The position numbers and the translations under genes are program-made. A DNA stretch of 64,000 nt from a virus: positions 1 through 64,000 of IMG/VR virus record IMGVR_UViG_3300023440_000004; one strand, written 5' to 3'. Positions 16,701 through 24,909 of the stretch are shown here, piece after piece (the stretch's first letter is position 1; each line of letters opens with the position of its first letter). Below the pieces are notes generated by a model that worked only from the letters and a program-made list of their open reading frames with translations, was not told where the DNA came from and ran no database searches.

Positions 16701-17179
16701 GGGCCGGGGTAGACACTTTCGAATCAGGGTCGGCGTCCCTACAAATCCCGGCGGCTTCCGTACCGCTGCCCCCGGCAGTTCCGCAAGGCACCGACCAAAC
16801 TCAGTTCGGGGCTACGTTGGCTCAGCTTTTTATTAGGAACATCTATCCGATTTCCGTCGATGGTGCTATCGTGCCCGGCTTTTCCTCTACGGACCCAAAC
16901 GATCTATTCACTTCGCTCACAGTAAGCAGGTCTCCTCGATACGTAGAACAGTCGGGCATTTCCACCTCGTTTTTGCCGGACCATAGGGTGTCGTTCTTCA
17001 TTCGAGATATCTTTCCTGTCGGTGACGTATACACTAGGTCGACCGGGTTCAGCCCGAACGCTTTTCGCGAGAGGTTGGAGGTTATTCAAGGGTCGCCATC
17101 GTTAGCCTACCCGACTTATACTTTGGGAGTGTCGTCCCTTGTAGTCGGGGAGCCTGTCATCTCTGGAGGATGCTGCTGA
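13757..17179 (+). CDS. large repeat-containing virion protein (1140 aa)
   Basis: GTG start; the start codon is uncertain. At least 15 occurrences of a (Q/E/K)(F/Y)G-x3-(V/A/L) motif at roughly 30-60 aa spacing (TNQFGLVDV, TLQFGGQAL, ATEFGTAFV, ASQFGAAYL, TQFGATLAQ and others). Confidence 0.8.
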   Translation: MATSQFIAPATIGDQLSIGGPVVSTGLGQVLQPSGVLYTGYGARKYTYVLFTTVPSYDLLLTQTFCRRGAVILALSGSELFRPINPTSLTDYGSPIVWNYSSYLSPLGVESFRYLRPSVADKSVALDLLDQICRASGPQLLDLNGNRTLRAISFRGYAQDSCGTPAFIIDQFVILMGEDLSKISRPKYISSSFTYLGLLRQVCQQGFMRINLSILDLSVRLVPFLGEEQTRYGSAALVQTPRWLQINGDTHDWLGTSPFVSNLQIWLYLSETLCVQGTALQHYLGESRGLHFVGVAGEAYGSVTFVQGPPRILFTGQDFVGYGTLTIAVPLPQTLTLTGLDTNQFGLVDVFLQDQFIYLSGLGTLQFGGQALSIREPPRPDGLDATEFGTAFVSHFIRRLYPSGADWLSIGSSDLQLSKRFLSPVWDAMDSISSPVVWVAVWGGHEASQFGAAYLQHLLTSIGPFPGQDSFETVTTHKFEHGLRFVDGFDAVPNLPIPDPLVWNHRQYLYMYSATEFSKVGEYTSVANLNVPIFPVGESLSYIPYTHTLGFNHNQKFFQGVAATKYGAITVDYRNRRLYPIWTPFPNVFNPNMRVTKTPVVFPPSVKQDAYGYPHVRILTQWISTTGQNLDEIGSAFAGDAVRSLPVQGLASFESIDVFQKVYLAQQFVVPVGLDHFVQPWSTTYLEERFTEIEPFHLGKADYGNAAIKNLNRELGFYGWGLSAYGSSEITLFTRYIEPAGVSGKIGNIWAGDPTQILYGLKGGVFSEYGSPSIYWGQPWLPYTQVVTITKGASPGPIGTVRVSRNPQLIERPGFPLNQATKYGTASAQGLSAGFGFQLPSEEFGIFAVLAAVPRSVVFGGTLFTGYGKPRMSPSYIYARPDYPSPPNPYEGTRPWYPPDRPLYETLGYPMDRDPGPGSPVVSNYIRQVRPVGRTFSVLDVYFGVSSKTLDLGFVRLYPTTNRLPKYGVPDLLGGVRTVSVWAGVDTFESGSASLQIPAASVPLPPAVPQGTDQTQFGATLAQLFIRNIYPISVDGAIVPGFSSTDPNDLFTSLTVSRSPRYVEQSGISTSFLPDHRVSFFIRDIFPVGDVYTRSTGFSPNAFRERLEVIQGSPSLAYPTYTLGVSSLVVGEPVISGGCC

Positions 17180-18276
17180 TGCGTCGAAAAGAAATTGCTT
17201 ATGAAGCTTGGTTGAACGGTCTCGACAACGTATCCCCAGACGCTCCGTCTCCCGGTGCCGCCCACGAGGCCGAGAACGTGGTTTACCATCCCGATGGAGT
17301 GGTGCGCGCTCTCAAGGAACCCGTGATCTCTGGGCCGCATACGCGATTTTCTTGTCCGTTGGGAGAGGTCGGGTCTTTCGGATTCGTGGCGACGGGCGGG
17401 ACGTTTTCGGAGCCGGCCATGCAACTCCCGGCGTGGTATGACACGCTTGGTGGAGTTTCCGTTCTGACCGACGGCGTTACGGTGGTGTGGCACACCGAGC
17501 ACGGGTTTTCGGTCGCTCCCAAGACGCGGCCGTATATCGCGCTCAACCCGTTACCCCACGGCAATTTGCGGGGGCGTGTCGGTATTTGCGTTGTTCGGGA
17601 CGGGCTTCCGAGCACTCCGGGGTTCACCGAGGAGCCTGGCGTTTCGTTCATATGCCAAGAACGAGACGCCGTCTACGCCACGCAACAAGACGGGTCCCAG
17701 TTCTATCTTCATACGCCGCCAGAAAGTGACTCTGATAACTTGCGCACGGTTACGGTGACGACGGCACCTGACGGGGCCTTACTTCCTGAGCGCGTGTTAC
17801 AACGGTGGCCGATCTATGGACATGGACCTGCGTCTTTGATGGCTGCCCGGTTGCTTCTGGTCAGGGGAACCGACGTTTTCTACTCGGAGCCTTTTCTGTA
17901 CGGCACGACGACTCCCGCCAATTTCGTTCGTTTTCCTTTTCTCGTGAAGTTGGTCGTCGGTACCCACACGGGATTCTTCGTCGGCGGCGATGCTGGGGTG
18001 TATTTCGTATCAGGGGTCGGTACTGAAAACCAGTCACTGCGGCATGTTGCAGGTGATCGAGTACTATCTAGTAGTTTCGTTCGAGTGACTGAGGAAGACA
18101 CTGGTATTCAGGGCACGATTGCCGCCTGGGTAACTGAGCGCGGTCTAATGATCGGCTTGGATTCTGGTGAGGTCGTTCGCCCGAATGCTAAGCTTCTGAT
18201 TGTAAAGAGCCCCGAAGATGGTATCCTGTCTTTCGACAAGCGGTCGTCCACGTTCTTTTACTACCGGAGGTTGTGA
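17179..18276 (+). CDS. hypothetical virion protein
   Basis: Track ORF 17170..18276. The ATG at 17179 has GGAGG 9 nt upstream and a TGATG overlap. 17170 is an alternative start. Confidence 0.8.
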   Translation: MRRKEIAYEAWLNGLDNVSPDAPSPGAAHEAENVVYHPDGVVRALKEPVISGPHTRFSCPLGEVGSFGFVATGGTFSEPAMQLPAWYDTLGGVSVLTDGVTVVWHTEHGFSVAPKTRPYIALNPLPHGNLRGRVGICVVRDGLPSTPGFTEEPGVSFICQERDAVYATQQDGSQFYLHTPPESDSDNLRTVTVTTAPDGALLPERVLQRWPIYGHGPASLMAARLLLVRGTDVFYSEPFLYGTTTPANFVRFPFLVKLVVGTHTGFFVGGDAGVYFVSGVGTENQSLRHVAGDRVLSSSFVRVTEEDTGIQGTIAAWVTERGLMIGLDSGEVVRPNAKLLIVKSPEDGILSFDKRSSTFFYYRRL

Positions 18277-18878
18277 TGTTTCTTGAACGTCTAATCCACA
18301 AGCTGTCGTTCCGAGATCGGGTGTCATTCCGTAACGCTTTTCGACGGGAAAAGGTGGAGTTCAATCGTCCCGATGCCACCGTTTTGGTCAATGGCGTGTT
18401 TGGTATTCGCGGCGAGTACGTGCTCCCGGATGGCGAGGTGTGCCCTAACACCATTTCCGCTGAAGGTCAGTTGTATTTGCTGAGTGTCGGGCTTGCCGGG
18501 CAGACGGCCGAGGCGAACTGGTATCTGACCCTGTGGCAGAACGCCGTCACACCGGCGGAATCCTGGACGGCGGCCAACTTCGCCACCACCGCCGGGGAGA
18601 ATACCAGTACCACGGAGGGGTGGACCGGCAACCGCCAAGCCTGGACGCCGGACACGCCCTTGGCCGAGCCCATGGGCAACGATGCCAACCCGGCGGTGTT
18701 CAATATCGTCACCGCGTCTTCGGTAACTTTCCAAGGCGCGGCCTTATTGAGCTCTCCGACCCGTGGGGGTACGACCGGTGTTCTGATGTCAGCCGCCGTA
18801 TTCCCTAGCGGGGCGCGCACGCTGTACAACGGGGACACCTATCGGCTGGTGTACCGGGAGAGCTTGCAGCCCGTCTAA
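18276..18878 (+). CDS. hypothetical virion protein (200 aa)
   Basis: ATG 18276 (TGATG overlap, GGAGG 5 nt upstream). The track lists the GTG at 18273. Confidence 0.8.
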   Translation: MFLERLIHKLSFRDRVSFRNAFRREKVEFNRPDATVLVNGVFGIRGEYVLPDGEVCPNTISAEGQLYLLSVGLAGQTAEANWYLTLWQNAVTPAESWTAANFATTAGENTSTTEGWTGNRQAWTPDTPLAEPMGNDANPAVFNIVTASSVTFQGAALLSSPTRGGTTGVLMSAAVFPSGARTLYNGDTYRLVYRESLQPV

Positions 18879-21556
18879 TGGCTCGCGTCAAGGTAATCGG
18901 GGCCAGGACGGACTCCGAGCACGCGGAAGCGCTACGGCTGGCGAAGCGGTACGAGTCGCTGACCAACGACGTTCTCGGGTATCGGGTCGGGTATCACCCG
19001 GCCCGAACTCGTTCCGATGCTAGCTACGTCGTCCGTAAATTCCCGGATCGTATCGAAGTTCTGGTCCTCGGTCAGCCCGAAGATGACGTCGAGACCATCG
19101 ACGTCGATTACAGCTATTTGCGGCGGCCGGTTCATGGGTTCGTCGTTTCGACGCGAATTCGAAACGGGGCGAAGCGACTACCCGTCAAAGTGCGGGACCC
19201 TCTTCGTGGTTACCAGATACGGGACTCCTGGCAGATAACCCACCCGATATTTCGCCAGTATCCCAGGGGCTTTCAGAGTTTTCAAAATACCTCCAAGTGG
19301 GCCGGCTTATACAGCCACCTCGTTAAGGTTAGGCCGACAATGTATACCGGCCATATGCGTGAGGTCGTGCAACTTGGCAACGCGATTGGGTTCGGTGCGG
19401 AGGAAGAAGACCGTCGGCATGACTTCTACAAGCCGTTGTATCGTCTGACTTCGGATATTACGGACGGGATCGTTTTTGTACCTTATTACAGCGACAAGCC
19501 GATCGGATCCAAGCGGTATGGCCTATCATTTGAGGTCATGCGGCCGGTCGTCATTCGTATCGACCAGGCCCGCGGTAAAGTGTACGCTGCGCCGCTGACT
19601 TATTGGGACGAAGCGTGGGCAGACGACCCCGTGCTATCGTCTCCCGATTTACGGTATCTGGACCGTTGGGTGAAATGGGCGAGCGTCCTCAAGAAGGTTA
19701 AGCCGGACCCTGCTAAAGGGCGATACCCCGATCCGTTTTCGGAGCGTATCGTGTCGATCTATGGGGGGTGGCCATCCTCGGAGCCCCTGTTCGAGACAAA
19801 GATAAATTGCGTGACGAAAACTGGGAAATCGGATGTTGCAGAGACACTACGACAACGAGTTTCTGCCGGGTTGATCGCCGAGACCAGTATCGAGGAGGTT
19901 ACGCGGTATGGCCATGCTATCGGGCCTGGCATGGGGTGGGCGTTCTCTTACATGACGCCCGCCGCGTATTCTGTCCTGCATGACTATAGTAATCAGCACG
20001 GGGTCCCATACGCTAGGTTGGTTACCTTGGTGTTCGACGTCGCCATTAACGACCAAACAGCTCCAACGCCTGGGGGTGGGAGTCTTGTCGAGTTCGTCGA
20101 CTACTGGGTTGGTAAAGGCGTGCTGGACGGCCTGGCTTCGGAGCGGAAGCTGTCCTACTTGTCTGGAACAGATCTTCGCCAATTCGCTCGCGACGTTAGG
20201 GATCTGTTGGCCTCGGGGCGAGCGTATGCTGATATGGAGCATTTGGCCAAACGGTTCGCCAAGGCCGAGGTTCCGGGGTCCGCCAAGGTGCTGTCGCTAA
20301 GTACTAACATATCAGTGGGCTATTCTGGGTACGTTGACAACCCGGTTAGGTTCCCTCGTAAAGGCCCGCGACCGGATATAGAGGTGAAGTATCCTGAATA
20401 CGACCTCAAAGACGGGGCCGGGGATATATCGTGGATACCGACTGTAGAACCAGGCAGCCGCCCGCCGCGCAAGGAGGTGGCGCCGATCTCCGTTTTCGAG
20501 TCTCGGGAAAACGGCGTTGTCGTGACGTTCATTGCCAGCGCCGAGACGGACGAGGAGAGTCCGGAAGTGAACAATCCTGATGTGCCGTGTTGGGTCGATA
20601 GTAAGGATACTCAAACTAGGACGTATAAGAACAGCGCTCGGCATTTCGGTACTAATTTAGATAACGGGCATTTTTCTGACCGTACCTATACGCACACTAC
20701 TAAGATGTCAAGGAGGTGTGCGTTCTTGGCTGAGGTTGTGGGTGCTAGTGACTGGCTAATGGACTTGGATACGGGCACAGCGACTAAGACAAAAAGGTTT
20801 TTATGTACTTACACCACTGAGCAATACCAAGATGTAGCGCTATTTACGCATGGTATTTTTCCGTTGTTAGAGCGGGAGGGCGTGTATATCGGGTATCTAC
20901 CCCATGGTAAGGGCGCCGGGGTTCGTTCTGTATCGTATCAGAATGCATCTGTTTCGTATTATTGGGTAGCTCTTTACGGGAGGTGTTTCGGCGGATATTT
21001 GACTCCACCGATCGGGTACCATGATTGTGGGGATACTAAATATGTAGGTGGGCACTGTCCTGCTTACGCCTGGGATCCGGAGCCCGCTGGGGGTTTTCCA
21101 CGGAGAGTAACGGACCCGAAATACGCCTTTTTGCCGAGTCCGTGCCTCCACCACGTAGGTAATTATGCGCCTTGGGCTCATAAGTGCCTAGATATAGATG
21201 CCTTGTCCGAGAAAAATGTATCCGTGCCTGACGCGCCGCCGGGAAAAATCGAGACTACAGATCCGTTTCTCACAACGTTTGTGCGCTATACTGGCAGCTC
21301 TGTATCGGCTATCACTTTATATCGGGAGGGTAAGGACCCTCACATCTCCGGCTGGTGGCCGATCGTATCTCCAGACCCAGATACCAACCTTGTGGCCTTC
21401 ATTTACGCTTACGAGAATTGCTCCGGGGCGCCGGCGGCCATCGTGTGGCGGGACATTACGCACGGAGAAGAACCATTCCGTTCCGGGGCCGCCAAACGGT
21501 TCCCTTTGAGTTCAATGAACTATATACTCGCCGTAGGCGTACCCATCGACGATTAG
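18878..21556 (+). CDS. large hypothetical virion protein (892 aa)
   Basis: TAATG overlap and a clean long ORF. No motif recognised. Its size and its position after a 200-aa gene recall tail tubular protein pairs, but that is inference only. Confidence 0.8.
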   Translation: MARVKVIGARTDSEHAEALRLAKRYESLTNDVLGYRVGYHPARTRSDASYVVRKFPDRIEVLVLGQPEDDVETIDVDYSYLRRPVHGFVVSTRIRNGAKRLPVKVRDPLRGYQIRDSWQITHPIFRQYPRGFQSFQNTSKWAGLYSHLVKVRPTMYTGHMREVVQLGNAIGFGAEEEDRRHDFYKPLYRLTSDITDGIVFVPYYSDKPIGSKRYGLSFEVMRPVVIRIDQARGKVYAAPLTYWDEAWADDPVLSSPDLRYLDRWVKWASVLKKVKPDPAKGRYPDPFSERIVSIYGGWPSSEPLFETKINCVTKTGKSDVAETLRQRVSAGLIAETSIEEVTRYGHAIGPGMGWAFSYMTPAAYSVLHDYSNQHGVPYARLVTLVFDVAINDQTAPTPGGGSLVEFVDYWVGKGVLDGLASERKLSYLSGTDLRQFARDVRDLLASGRAYADMEHLAKRFAKAEVPGSAKVLSLSTNISVGYSGYVDNPVRFPRKGPRPDIEVKYPEYDLKDGAGDISWIPTVEPGSRPPRKEVAPISVFESRENGVVVTFIASAETDEESPEVNNPDVPCWVDSKDTQTRTYKNSARHFGTNLDNGHFSDRTYTHTTKMSRRCAFLAEVVGASDWLMDLDTGTATKTKRFLCTYTTEQYQDVALFTHGIFPLLEREGVYIGYLPHGKGAGVRSVSYQNASVSYYWVALYGRCFGGYLTPPIGYHDCGDTKYVGGHCPAYAWDPEPAGGFPRRVTDPKYAFLPSPCLHHVGNYAPWAHKCLDIDALSEKNVSVPDAPPGKIETTDPFLTTFVRYTGSSVSAITLYREGKDPHISGWWPIVSPDPDTNLVAFIYAYENCSGAPAAIVWRDITHGEEPFRSGAAKRFPLSSMNYILAVGVPIDD

Positions 21557-21557
21557 T

Positions 21558-22718
21558 ATGGCCTTATACACAGAAACCGTTTGCGATTGCGTAGCATCGG
21601 CCCAGCAGGTAGTGGCCGACTGGCGATATGCGCTCGACGATCTTGTCGCAAGCGCTCAGACGGTTTCGGCAAATCTGAGCGATTCCATCGCCGATACCGT
21701 AGGCGGGTCGGAAGTCGTTTCCGATATTCCCGTAGCCATCGCTGACGATTCGATCCGAGCGTCCCAGAACCTCTCGGCGTGGGGTGTGCTATCGGCTGTA
21801 CTACACGAGCAGGCCGCCGTCGGTGAGACGCTGGGTCGTCAGTATCATGAAACGCTAATAGACGCCATTTCCGTTACGGAAGCTTCGTCTGCTTCCGTAA
21901 CGGCCAATGTCGTCGAGTCGATTACGGACGCCATCCGGGTTTCCGAAGCGCTGGCGGACAATTCGCTCGCCCTGGTGACGGACGTCATAGCCAGTGGCGA
22001 GACCATCGCAGCGGTGCTATCCGACGCGATCGTGGATCGGATGGCAGTCGTCGAATCGGTAGGGTCTGGCTGGTTCGATTCCATCGCGGATACCGTCCTG
22101 GTCGGCGAAGGGATCTGGATCGGTATTGTTGGTAGTATTTCCGATACCGTCCGTGTATCCGAAACTCTCGTATCGACGTCGGTCGCCCCAGTAGATTTCT
22201 TGACCGACACCGTTTCGGCTAGCGAGGCCGTTCACGTATGGCTGACATCTGCCGATATCATAGCGGACGGTATCCTGGCTTACGAAACGCTAACGACGTC
22301 CGCTCCCTACGGATGGCTGTTCACGGTCGTCCGCAATAACGATGGGTACGCATTTCCGGCGGCCAAGCACACGGTCGAGCCTGTGGCTTGGGCTTACGGC
22401 GACCAAATCGGCCTGGCCGGAGGGTCGGCGACTGTTGATGCCGGCGCCCCGATGCCGAACCGATTCGGCATCGCTGTGGTTGATTCTCCTCAGGGCAATC
22501 TGTTCAACGTGGAGACGCTGTGGGCTAGAGGAGGATTGACCCGCAACAGTCGCGCTTCCGATGGGGTGCATACCCGCAGCCCGCTGATCCGAGGCGGGCA
22601 TGCGCGGTTCTCTTTCGGTAAGCGGTTGCAGCGTCATCATGTTAAGCTGACGCTGTCTGATTTCGAATGGTTGCGACAGGCGACCGTACGGGTAGCCTGG
22701 TCAAAACGGAGGTACTGA
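21558..22718 (+). CDS. repeat-containing virion protein (386 aa)
   Basis: About 8 copies of a roughly 20-aa motif of the form D-x-I-x-(V/D)-(S/T)-E (SDSIADTVGGSE, IDAISVTEAS, ITDAIRVSEAL, FDSIADTVLVGEG, ISDTVRVSETL, LTDTVSASEAV). Confidence 0.8.
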   Translation: MALYTETVCDCVASAQQVVADWRYALDDLVASAQTVSANLSDSIADTVGGSEVVSDIPVAIADDSIRASQNLSAWGVLSAVLHEQAAVGETLGRQYHETLIDAISVTEASSASVTANVVESITDAIRVSEALADNSLALVTDVIASGETIAAVLSDAIVDRMAVVESVGSGWFDSIADTVLVGEGIWIGIVGSISDTVRVSETLVSTSVAPVDFLTDTVSASEAVHVWLTSADIIADGILAYETLTTSAPYGWLFTVVRNNDGYAFPAAKHTVEPVAWAYGDQIGLAGGSATVDAGAPMPNRFGIAVVDSPQGNLFNVETLWARGGLTRNSRASDGVHTRSPLIRGGHARFSFGKRLQRHHVKLTLSDFEWLRQATVRVAWSKRRY

Positions 22719-22722
22719 GGCC

Positions 22723-24909
22723 GTGGTCGATACCGTCCCATACTCCAATTACGACCCGCTTCTAACCGGCGACGACAAGTTCGATCAGGCGTCGGCCGAT
22801 GCCCGTGGGTTGGTCGACAAGTACAATGCCCTGTTCGAGTCGGCCATGAACGGGCTGACCAACATCGCCAATACGGTGGCCGGGTTGATCACTCAACCAC
22901 CGGACCCGCTGGCGCCCCCGACCTTACCGACGTTCCAGGCACCCCCAGGTTTCGGCGATCTTCCGTCACTGCCGGACATCGTTACGTTCCCGACCGTTGG
23001 GGACTTCTCCGCGCCGGCTTGGGTCAACCTGCCAAAACCGGATCTTCCGGACCTATCGGGTATCGACCTGTCCGATATCGCCACGGCATTCCCTGACAAA
23101 CCGACGATCGACACGGACATCCCACTACTGACCGTACCGGATATACCGGCGTTCGATCCGGGGTTCACGTTGGCCTCGCCGCCGTCGATGCCAAACCCGA
23201 CCTACCCGACGGCTCCGAACGTAGAAGCGACGCTGCCGAGTTTTCCGGAGCCGCCAGACCTGAGCGCCTACCTGAAATCGGTCCCTGACGCACCGGTCAT
23301 CAATTATCCAACGCCGCCGTCGGCCTCGATACCAGAGCTCTCGGTATCACCACCCAGCCCCGCCCTGCCGTCACCTGCGCTGCCTGATGTGCCGAGCCTG
23401 TCAGCGTTTGAGAGCCGGGTGAAAACGGCCGTCGAGGATTCCATTCTCGATATGCTGGCTAGAGCACAACTAGACGCCGAATATGAGCGGGCGTCCTACG
23501 AAGCGATGCTCGACCGGGAGGCTCTAAGCGCTGGCCTGGCGCTTGGCCAGTTGCAGGACGTGTGGGCTTCGCAGGGATTTCTCATGCCACCTGGCGTGCA
23601 GTTCCAGCAGGAGATCAATCTTCGCGCGGACTTCGAGCGGAAAGCTCGGCAGGCCAGTCGGGAGATTTACGTCAAGCGAAAAGAGTTGGAACTTCAGGTC
23701 CGCCAGGCCGCGTTACAAGCCGGGAACCAGATGACCGATCTGGACGTTAGGTTGTACGACATTGCCAACCGATTGCTGTTCGAGGCCGCCTCCCAGGCAC
23801 GTCAGCATTCCCTCGCGGCTTACGATATTGCGGTCAAAGCAGCACAATTGGACGTATCCGTTTTCGAGGCCCAGATACGGGCGTTTTCCGCCAGGCTGGA
23901 GGGGTACCGCACACAATGGCAGGGGTATCAGGCGATCCTCCAAGGCGAAACGGCTAAGATCGACGCCTATCGTGCGCAGGTGGAGGCGATCGCTTCCCAG
24001 GCGCAGTTGGGCCGCGCCCAGGCGGAGCTGTATCGTGCCCAAGTCGGTGCTAAGACGGACATCGCCAAGGTGGCCGCCGAACTCGACCGCCTCCGGTTCG
24101 ACGCGTGGTCGACCATCGTGGAGGCCGAGGTCAAGAAACTCCAGGGGGTCGCATCGTGGGGCGCGATCATGCAAGCGCAGGCGAGCGCGATCAACGCCAA
24201 AGCTCAGGCGTATCGGGCTGAAGTGGACGGTGTGACCCGTCGTGCGGAAGCCGAAGCCCGGCTGGCCAATTTGAAGCTTGACGCGCAGAAATTGTTGATC
24301 CAGACCTACGAAGCGGCAGTTCGTGGGGAGTCCGCCAGAGTCCAGGCGAAAGCGACGATCCAACAATCGAGGGCGGGCATTTTCCGGGACCTGGCCCAGT
24401 ACGCCGTCCAGAAAGCACAAGCAGCCGCTACCACCGCGCAGGCCGAGGCCCAGGTCAACACGGCGCGGATTCAGGCTGTAGCTAGCGCCTACACGGCCAA
24501 GCTCAATGCACATGCCTCCACTGCCAACGCTCAAGCCGCTTACTACGGGGCCTTGTCGTCCCTCATTTCCGCACACAAGGCCAAGTCCGACATCGAGGTG
24601 GCCCACTATCGCGCTACGTTGGATGCGCAAGTCACCCTGTTCCGCGCGCAGGCAGAATACAACAACGCCTTGTACAGCCGGGCGTTAGCCGCCTGGTCCG
24701 ATGCCATGAACCGGGCGTATCGGGTAGCCGAGGCGTCCATCACGAAGCTCTCCGATGGAGCCCGACACGCTAGTACGATCGCGGCTGCTGCGCTGCAAGG
24801 GACGTTCGTGTCGTATCAGGTTCAAGAGTCCAAGACTCTACAGACTCTGCGTCGGTGGTCCTACGCGTTGACGAATTCTCTGTCCGAAAGTTATCAGGCG
24901 TCTATCTGA
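22723..24909 (+). CDS. virion protein with a Pro-rich N-terminal third and a long Ala/Gln-rich coiled coil
   Basis: GTG 22723 with ACGGAGG upstream. 728 aa. Residues from about 250 to 700 are heptad-like A/Q/R/E-rich sequence. Confidence 0.75.
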   Translation: MVDTVPYSNYDPLLTGDDKFDQASADARGLVDKYNALFESAMNGLTNIANTVAGLITQPPDPLAPPTLPTFQAPPGFGDLPSLPDIVTFPTVGDFSAPAWVNLPKPDLPDLSGIDLSDIATAFPDKPTIDTDIPLLTVPDIPAFDPGFTLASPPSMPNPTYPTAPNVEATLPSFPEPPDLSAYLKSVPDAPVINYPTPPSASIPELSVSPPSPALPSPALPDVPSLSAFESRVKTAVEDSILDMLARAQLDAEYERASYEAMLDREALSAGLALGQLQDVWASQGFLMPPGVQFQQEINLRADFERKARQASREIYVKRKELELQVRQAALQAGNQMTDLDVRLYDIANRLLFEAASQARQHSLAAYDIAVKAAQLDVSVFEAQIRAFSARLEGYRTQWQGYQAILQGETAKIDAYRAQVEAIASQAQLGRAQAELYRAQVGAKTDIAKVAAELDRLRFDAWSTIVEAEVKKLQGVASWGAIMQAQASAINAKAQAYRAEVDGVTRRAEAEARLANLKLDAQKLLIQTYEAAVRGESARVQAKATIQQSRAGIFRDLAQYAVQKAQAAATTAQAEAQVNTARIQAVASAYTAKLNAHASTANAQAAYYGALSSLISAHKAKSDIEVAHYRATLDAQVTLFRAQAEYNNALYSRALAAWSDAMNRAYRVAEASITKLSDGARHASTIAAAALQGTFVSYQVQESKTLQTLRRWSYALTNSLSESYQASI

